Source of the DNA: Candidatus Thorarchaeota archaeon | GTDB taxonomy: Archaea; Asgardarchaeota; Thorarchaeia; Thorarchaeales; Thorarchaeaceae | Assembly (NCBI GenBank): GCA_048884785.1 | Contig: JBHLQM010000002.1 | Location: forward strand, 19,963-32,943 | Direction of reading: 5' to 3' | Length of the DNA stretch: 12,981 bases | Part shown: in pieces, positions 7,541 to 12,981 of the stretch | Numbering within the stretch: position 1 is the first letter of the stretch | How the letters are laid out: each line of letters starts with the position of its first letter | Notes under the pieces: model-generated | Seen by the model: only the letters and a program-made list of their open reading frames with translations | Told to the model about the DNA's origin: nothing | Database searches by the model: none | Position numbers and translations under genes: made by a program

Positions 7541-8716
7541 TTACGCCCCCTTTCTGGGTGAATATATTGGTGATAGTTCCCTGAGCCGTTCAACAATTCC
7601 AGGAATCTCCGCAATGACTGCATCGATGTCCTCATCAGTGTTGAATCGTCCCGTTGTAATCTGAAGTGAACCATGAGCTTCCTCGTGAAGCAGTCCGGTC
7701 GCAATCAGTGTATGTGATGGTTCAAGAGTCTTAGATGTGCAGGCAGATCCAGTAGAGATTGCAATATTCTTGTCTTTAAATGAGAGGAGAATTGATTCAC
7801 CCTCAATCCCATCGAATCTAACATGTGTGTTGCTTGGTAGACGTTCGGTTCTATGTCCATTTAGATGGCTATCAGCCACGTTGTCAAGGATTTCCCGTAT
7901 TAGCTTGTCACGCCACGCCGTGAATTTCCTCATTTCTTCAGGCATTTCTCTCATCATGATTTCAGCCGCAGTTGCCATACCCACTATTGAAGCCACATCT
8001 TCCGTTCCCGACCGCAAACCTCTCTCCTGTCCCCCACCCAGAAGCATTGGATTGACTCGAAACTTCTTCTGCATATAAAGGACGCCAAGGCCTCTCGGAC
8101 CATAGATGTCGTTTGAAGATAATGTCATCAGGTTGATATTGTCACGCTTCACATCGATAGAAACGAGACCTTCAGCGGCCACGGCATCGGTATGAAACGC
8201 AATGTCTCTCTCGCCCAATATTTTGCCTATCTCATGTATTGGCTGAACTGTACCAATCTCATTACTCGCATATCCAATTGATACCAATATAGTATCATCG
8301 CGAATTCTACTCTCAAGTTTGCTTAGCCTCACTCTTCCATATTGGTCGACAGGTACCTTTGAGACCTCGAATCCGTTTTGCGTGAGGTATTTCGCCAAGT
8401 TGTGGATAGAGATATGGTCCACTTCTGAAATGATGATATGTTTTCCCTTGCCCTTATTTTTCATAGCATAACCAATTAACGCGAGATTACTAGCCTCTGT
8501 GGCTCCCGAGGTGAAGACAATTTCATCCGGGTCCGCATTGATGAATTGTGCGATCTTCTTTCTGCTCTGTTCTAACGCGTCAGTAGCAATGTCTCCCACT
8601 TTGTGAAGAGAAGAAGCATTCCCGAACTTCTCATGGAAGAACGGTATCATTGCATCTACGACCCGCTGATCAACGGGCTTTGCAGATTGATAGTCTAGGT
8701 AGATTTGCTTCTCCAA
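7541..8716 (-). CDS. iscS: Group I cysteine desulfurase-like protein (IscS/NifS), variant lacking the PLP lysine
   Basis: YLDY, FGNASSLH, FTSGATE, NEIGT, GGGQERGLRSGT and STGSACTS motifs are present. The PLP motif reads SSNDIYGP rather than SxHKxYGP. Likely start is TTG 8716 after SD GAGGGTGA; the ORF track gives 8737. Confidence 0.93.
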   Translation of the reverse strand: MEKQIYLDYQSAKPVDQRVVDAMIPFFHEKFGNASSLHKVGDIATDALEQSRKKIAQFINADPDEIVFTSGATEASNLALIGYAMKNKGKGKHIIISEVDHISIHNLAKYLTQNGFEVSKVPVDQYGRVRLSKLESRIRDDTILVSIGYASNEIGTVQPIHEIGKILGERDIAFHTDAVAAEGLVSIDVKRDNINLMTLSSNDIYGPRGLGVLYMQKKFRVNPMLLGGGQERGLRSGTEDVASIVGMATAAEIMMREMPEEMRKFTAWRDKLIREILDNVADSHLNGHRTERLPSNTHVRFDGIEGESILLSFKDKNIAISTGSACTSKTLEPSHTLIATGLLHEEAHGSLQITTGRFNTDEDIDAVIAEIPGIVERLRELSPIYSPRKGA

Positions 8717-8727
8717 TAATCTCACCC

Positions 8728-9081
8728 TCAGAACCACATTGTGGTATCTGCTTCTAGGGCTAGGTCATTCAATGTTGCTGCGCCCACTATTTTGAAGTCT
8801 GGATCGAGTTCTACCTTGTCCCACCCCAGCATTTGCTTGGACGCCTCGCAAACGTAAACTGGGATTCCCATTTCTACGGTCTTTTTTAGCATCTGCGCAA
8901 CACTTGGGAAGTTCCCAATCTTGATTTTCTCTGCTTCCCCTGCCTTGAGAATCCTTAGACCTTGTCCTAAGTAATACACCTTTGCTTCAATATCCATGGC
9001 CTTGGCACTCTGGGCAAGGACCAAAGGTGAATACTGTCGTTCAGGATCATCACTTGTCTGAACATATAGAATCGAACTCAT
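8728..9081 (-). CDS. DsrE/TusD-family sulfur relay protein
   Basis: 117 aa with the DsrE pattern 'AKVYYLGQGLRIL...GIPVYVC78EAS...GAATLNDLALEADTTMWF' and a single Cys. SD GGAGTGA is upstream. Confidence 0.88.
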   Translation of the reverse strand: MSSILYVQTSDDPERQYSPLVLAQSAKAMDIEAKVYYLGQGLRILKAGEAEKIKIGNFPSVAQMLKKTVEMGIPVYVCEASKQMLGWDKVELDPDFKIVGAATLNDLALEADTTMWF

Positions 9082-9090
9082 TTCTATCTT

Positions 9091-9345
9091 TCACTCCTTT
9101 CTTTTTATTAGAAATCTTTGAACGCCGTCCTGCCTTTTCTCATAGCTGATGATTTCGTGACCCGTCCGCTTGGCGAATCTCTTTATGTCCTCCTCAGCAG
9201 CAGGGTCATCTGCTAGGAGTTCAAGGACCTGACCAGGAGCAAGCTTATCCATTGCTTCTCTGGTTTGGAAAAGTGGCTGTGGGCAATATAGACCTACACA
9301 GTCAAGCGTTTCATCGGGCATTTCTTTCATCTCCGGCTCATCCAA
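9091..9345 (-). CDS. tusA: TusA/SirA-family sulfurtransferase (persulfide carrier)
   Basis: 'LDCVGLYCPQP' (CPxP motif) and 'GQVLELLADDPAAEEDI'. The real start is probably ATG 9330 or 9321 rather than TTG 9345. Confidence 0.93.
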   Translation of the reverse strand: MDEPEMKEMPDETLDCVGLYCPQPLFQTREAMDKLAPGQVLELLADDPAAEEDIKRFAKRTGHEIISYEKRQDGVQRFLIKRKE

Positions 9346-9368
9346 CCGCTCGTCTTTGTACTTTACAA

Positions 9369-9392
9369 TAGTTAACTACTTATAACTTTATG
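9369..9392 (-). promoter_or_regulatory. Candidate BRE/TATA promoter of the tusA operon with an adjacent 10-bp palindrome
   Basis: Minus strand reads cataaagTTATAAgTAGTTAACTAtt: TTATAA at 9380-9385 after a purine-rich stretch, and the palindrome TAGTTAACTA at 9369-9378. Confidence 0.6.
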
Positions 9393-9413
9393 GAAACTAC
9401 GTTAATCCTTGGC

Positions 9414-9442
9414 ATTCATTGTTTGAATTCATTACTTTGAAT
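9414..9442. repeat. Two overlapping ATTCA-N5/6-TGAAT inverted repeats
   Basis: attca-ttgtt-tgaat (9414-9428) and attca-ttactt-tgaat (9427-9442) in the intergenic region. Confidence 0.5.
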
Positions 9443-9450
9443 GAAGACTA

Positions 9451-10569
9451 TTAGCGAAAATTCTGGGGCATTGCAAACTCGAAGTACTTGGCCACGACTG
9501 TGTCAAATTCAGTATATTTTGATGGCTGTACCGTGTCCTCTGCAGTAAAACCATAACTCTGCTCAAACCTGTTCAATATCATTGCTAGGAGATTCTTTGT
9601 TAGGTCTGTGCTTTCTTTTGCGATTAGAATCCCGTAGGTGAATATTCCTTCGCATACACTGAGCTCAAGGTTCCCAACCAATATTCTCTCAATTTCACCA
9701 CTACCTAGAGAATGCTTTACATAATGTCTTATTCCAGTGAAAAAGGCGGAGAGAATTTCCGTTTCATTGTTCTGATGATGCGATGCGAAATTGTAATGAT
9801 AGAGCGGAAGTCCTCCATTTCTCTCAATGATATATAACTCCTCTATTACGTGAGTCGCCATGAAGAGAATAGTTGGATGCTTCTGAAAGAGAATTATCAA
9901 TAAAACAAAAAACAAAGCGATTACACTTAGAAACACTGATTGATTTAGGATAAGTCCGAGATCAACTGAAATGGCTTGTCTGAATGGTTGAAGAAGCAAT
10001 ATCGTAGGCAGACATGTTACTATTATCCAAAACAATATTCGTGTTGAGATATCCTCTTGTGCTGAAACTCTAAGGCGATAGAATATCCTAAGCGCAAGTG
10101 GCACTGCCGACAAAATTGAAACAAAAAAGAGAATCCCTCTGATTATCTCGAAAAGAAATGAAAAAGAGCTCAGCCAGCTAGTACCAGTCCAAACTATCTG
10201 AAATGATTCCGGATGATAAAGCCCTACTATTAATCCGCCAGCCATGAGAAACGAGATGTTGGTCAAGATTGACCGTTTATTATCCTTCACGTTCTCCATT
10301 GCCGCAATCATGAACGCCAGAGCAAGATATCCAAAGGGGATTAGGAGGTATTGAGAAATCATGACTTCCAATACGAATCGCTGATCACCAAGAATTGCCT
10401 GAATGAAGAAGGCGGAGCTCCATATTGATATGTAGAAGAAGAATGAGGTTGTGTATTTGAAGAAGCGCGTTCCAATATCACGGTACAGTTTCTCGTTAAT
10501 CCATGTTGCATATAGTGACAATCCAATTAGAGCTGAAGAGGATCCTAGCAGGAGGATATCAACGGTCAT
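9451..10569 (-). CDS. Membrane protein, about 7 TM helices plus C-terminal longin-like domain (Asgard type)
   Basis: About seven hydrophobic segments over the first ~230 aa. The soluble tail 'IEELYIIERNGGLPLYHYNF...ILSAFFTGIRHYVKHSLGSGEIERILVGN...ILNRFEQSY...FDTVVAKYF' has the beta-beta-alpha-beta-beta-beta-alpha-alpha longin pattern. Confidence 0.75.
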   Translation of the reverse strand: MTVDILLLGSSSALIGLSLYATWINEKLYRDIGTRFFKYTTSFFFYISIWSSAFFIQAILGDQRFVLEVMISQYLLIPFGYLALAFMIAAMENVKDNKRSILTNISFLMAGGLIVGLYHPESFQIVWTGTSWLSSFSFLFEIIRGILFFVSILSAVPLALRIFYRLRVSAQEDISTRILFWIIVTCLPTILLLQPFRQAISVDLGLILNQSVFLSVIALFFVLLIILFQKHPTILFMATHVIEELYIIERNGGLPLYHYNFASHHQNNETEILSAFFTGIRHYVKHSLGSGEIERILVGNLELSVCEGIFTYGILIAKESTDLTKNLLAMILNRFEQSYGFTAEDTVQPSKYTEFDTVVAKYFEFAMPQNFR

Positions 10570-11693
10570 GATTTTTTCTCTCCCGCCTTGGTGGCGTGGT
10601 TATGAATAGCAAACTGGAAATAGTTCCTCATGATGGCATCGAAATCCTCGCTTTCTTGATACATCATCGTATTATGAGATTGCTCAAAGAGAGCCAATGA
10701 TTTGACCAGTATTCTTCTAAGGAGTTCGGATCCCTTTTTTGTGACAAGCAGTCCGTAAAGCTGGTCCCCCTCACAAGCTAAGACTTCATTATCTTGTACC
10801 TTGATGCTTCGCACCTCTCCTGGCTCATCCAAAGCTTCATGGAAAACATGTCGAATGCTATCATGAGCTATGGATATACTGAGAGAATCTGCATTAGAAT
10901 CATCAGGATGCAATTGGAATCGATAAACTGTGTTCTGAGTTGCCTTGGAAACGAACTGAATCTCTCTAATGTCATGGCTTGAAGTAAAGAATATTGTTGG
11001 GTATAAACGAAGCAACCTAGCTATGGTTCCAGTGAGCCCTGCAAGTAAAACGAGGAACATGTAGTAAGCGGCACTTATTGGTGATAAAGCAAATTCTGTG
11101 GAATTAATTATAATCATATAGAGTCCGTAGAGCAACAAGATTGATGCAAATCCAAGGAAGAGGATTCTGCTCTGAGCACGGTAGGCTTCGGATTTGCGAA
11201 TCCTCACCCAAACTCGATATACCAGAGGTCCCATCACTGCTAATAGAAATACGAATTGAAGAACAGACAGTGCAATAACTATTGGTCCATAATGTTGAAC
11301 CCATCGGGTTCCAGCCCAGAGAATTTGGTATTCCCCGGGAAGGAATCTACTAGCAATTAAAGCGCCAGAAATCAAAAAGGCCCCATTTATCACGGAATCA
11401 TTTGGCTCCTTTGCATATTCTGACGCATGTATCAATAATGCCAAGGCAAGGAGCCCAAATGATGCAAGAATAGACTGTCCAGTATTCACTAAATCTTGAT
11501 ACTCTGCAGAGCTAAAGAGGCTAGGAAAGAAATACGCTGCAATCATAATTGTCAAGCTAGCACATGCAAGCGTCGCATACATGAAGAACTCTGTTCCCAG
11601 TTCTTTATACGAGCCATAGGAGGTTCTCGTGGCGTGCAAGCCTAGTACAATGCAGATAGTGACGATAGACACTCCATATGGGTCCATATTCAC
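10566..11693 (-). CDS. Membrane protein, about 7 TM helices plus C-terminal longin-like domain (paralog of 9451..10569)
   Basis: Same architecture. Shared motifs: YKELGTEFFMY/YRDIGTRFFKY, QILWAGTRW/QIVWTGTSW, YPTIFF/HPTILF, CEG..YG.L, FEQS, FD....YF. Start is GTG 11693 or ATG 11687. Confidence 0.72.
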   Translation of the reverse strand: MNMDPYGVSIVTICIVLGLHATRTSYGSYKELGTEFFMYATLACASLTIMIAAYFFPSLFSSAEYQDLVNTGQSILASFGLLALALLIHASEYAKEPNDSVINGAFLISGALIASRFLPGEYQILWAGTRWVQHYGPIVIALSVLQFVFLLAVMGPLVYRVWVRIRKSEAYRAQSRILFLGFASILLLYGLYMIIINSTEFALSPISAAYYMFLVLLAGLTGTIARLLRLYPTIFFTSSHDIREIQFVSKATQNTVYRFQLHPDDSNADSLSISIAHDSIRHVFHEALDEPGEVRSIKVQDNEVLACEGDQLYGLLVTKKGSELLRRILVKSLALFEQSHNTMMYQESEDFDAIMRNYFQFAIHNHATKAGEKKS

Positions 11694-11803
11694 CCAGACG
11701 TGCCCCCTTTTGACGCGGATGGCTCATAATCTACAAGTAATCTCTTAAGCTCTTCCTTCATGTATTCAATGGGTCATAACAAGAAGCTGGATTGTGTAGA
11801 GGC

Positions 11804-12981
11804 ATGGTAGCAAGTCTTGAGAATGAGAAATCTAACCAAGCATGTGGGATTTTGAAAGAGATGAACTTGGATGCATGGATGATTTGGATTCGAGAAACCT
11901 CCCAGTTGGCAGACCCTGTCTTGAAACTGATCCTCGATGCTGATCTGGTCTGGCAATCCGCACTTCTCTTCACCAAAGAAAATGAGAAGATTGCCATAAT
12001 TGGAAGCATGGATGCCGAGGGAATAAGGCCGAAGGGAATCTTTGATAGAATAATTACGTATGATCAGAGCATAAGCCAGACGCTACTTGACGAGTTAAAG
12101 CGAATTGGCCCAACACGGATTGCCATAAATTTCAGCAAGAACGATGTCTCGGCAGATGGCCTTACTGTGGGTATGTATCAGATTCTTCAGGACTATCTTG
12201 AAGGTACTCCTTACATTGAGCGACTTGTATCTGCTGAGAATTTTATTGGAAAACTCAGAGGAAGGAAAACACAGACAGAGATTTCTAGAATCAGTAAAGC
12301 CGTGAGCATAACCGAGGAGATTTTTGATGAGATTAGCAGGGAGTTGAAAGTGGGAAAGACTGAGCTCAATATATATCACAGAGTCCATGAAATGATGGTA
12401 GAACGGGGTGTGGCGTCTGCATGGAACCCTGATCACAATCCTGCTGTTGATGCAGGCCCAAACAAGGAGTTTGGACACTCTGGACCTACTGCAAATAAGA
12501 CAAAGCGGGGACACCTCTTGCATTTCGATTTTGGAGTGAGATATGAAGGCTATTGTTCTGATATTCAGCGTATGTTCTTCTTTGGGTCTCCAGATGATGT
12601 TCCTAGGGAGGTTCAACACGCATTTGAGACCGTGAGGGATGCCATTCAGAGAGCAGCAGACTTCATACGACCCGGTGTTACTGGAAACGAGGTGGATACA
12701 CTGGCCCGGGATTATGTTAAGGCTCAGGGGTATGTGGAGTACAAACATGCATTGGGGCATCAACTCGGACGACTTGCGCATGATGGAGGAACCCTCCTTG
12801 GTCCGTTCTGGGAAAAATATGGTAGGTCTCCAGCCGGAATACTGGAAGGTGGCAATGTATTCACGCTTGAACTATATGTTACAACGAAGAACTATGGCCA
12901 AGTTAGTCTGGAAGAGGACATTGTGGTGACGAAAAATGGATGTAAATTCCTATCAAAGCCGCAAAGGGAGCTTCGATGTGT
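11804..12981 (+). CDS. M24 family Xaa-Pro aminopeptidase/prolidase (runs off right edge near its C-terminus; missing from the ORF track)
   Basis: Hand translation from ATG 11804 (MVASLENEKSNQACGILKEMNLDAW...) is open to the edge. Metal-ligand motifs: 'HFDFGVRYEGYCSDIQR', 'HALGHQLGRLAHDGG', 'VFTLE', 'LEEDIVVT'. Confidence 0.93.
   Translation, partial: MVASLENEKSNQACGILKEMNLDAWMIWIRETSQLADPVLKLILDADLVWQSALLFTKENEKIAIIGSMDAEGIRPKGIFDRIITYDQSISQTLLDELKRIGPTRIAINFSKNDVSADGLTVGMYQILQDYLEGTPYIERLVSAENFIGKLRGRKTQTEISRISKAVSITEEIFDEISRELKVGKTELNIYHRVHEMMVERGVASAWNPDHNPAVDAGPNKEFGHSGPTANKTKRGHLLHFDFGVRYEGYCSDIQRMFFFGSPDDVPREVQHAFETVRDAIQRAADFIRPGVTGNEVDTLARDYVKAQGYVEYKHALGHQLGRLAHDGGTLLGPFWEKYGRSPAGILEGGNVFTLELYVTTKNYGQVSLEEDIVVTKNGCKFLSKPQRELRC

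Noticed and set aside
7541-8716. iscS as a pseudogene
   Set aside because: The frame is intact and full length, the Cys loop is conserved, and the substitutions match a known natural variant class.
2077-11304. Other short ORFs nested in or antisense to the called genes (e.g. 2077..2358, 4654..4968, 7180..7584, 7519..7704, 7737..8078, 11104..11304)
   Set aside because: They overlap well-supported genes and have no recognisable motifs; many show the Ser/Ile-rich composition typical of antisense frames.
9451-11693. 7TM proteins as rhodopsins
   Set aside because: No retinal-binding Lys motif (DxxxK or SxxxK) in the middle of the seventh helix of either paralog.
12095-12781. 228-aa minus-strand ORF, plus 11758..12009, 11774..11956 and 12639..12929
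   Set aside because: Antisense or off-frame shadows of the M24 peptidase, which has a complete set of catalytic motifs.
1-12981. tRNA, rRNA, CRISPR array, transposase or integrase
   Set aside because: None seen; intergenic gaps are all about 120 bp or less and show no cloverleaf or repeat-spacer pattern.

Overview
Gene-dense archaeal window, most likely Asgard archaea (Thorarchaeia-like); this is inferred from GGGTGA/GGAGTGA ribosome-binding sites, TATA-type promoters, 7TM-longin genes and large FtsX-type permeases. Ten genes lie on the minus strand. In transcription order they are: two coupled paralogous 7TM + longin-like proteins, a four-gene sulfur/Fe-S operon (TusA, DsrE, IscS-like, IscU fusion) ending in a 10-bp hairpin, a GNAT acetyltransferase, a PD-(D/E)xK-like nuclease with a winged helix next to a beta-class N4C/N6A DNA methyltransferase, and two tandem FtsX/MacB-type permeases (the second runs off the left edge). 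A divergent M24 Xaa-Pro peptidase runs off the right edge. The main signal is the Fe-S operon. Its IscS has Asp in place of the PLP Schiff-base Lys (SSNDIYGP) but keeps the catalytic-loop Cys, and its IscU is fused to a degenerate thioredoxin-reductase NAD(P)H-binding domain. Both follow the persulfide carriers TusA and DsrE, which suggests Fe-S assembly fed by a sulfur relay rather than by cysteine desulfuration.
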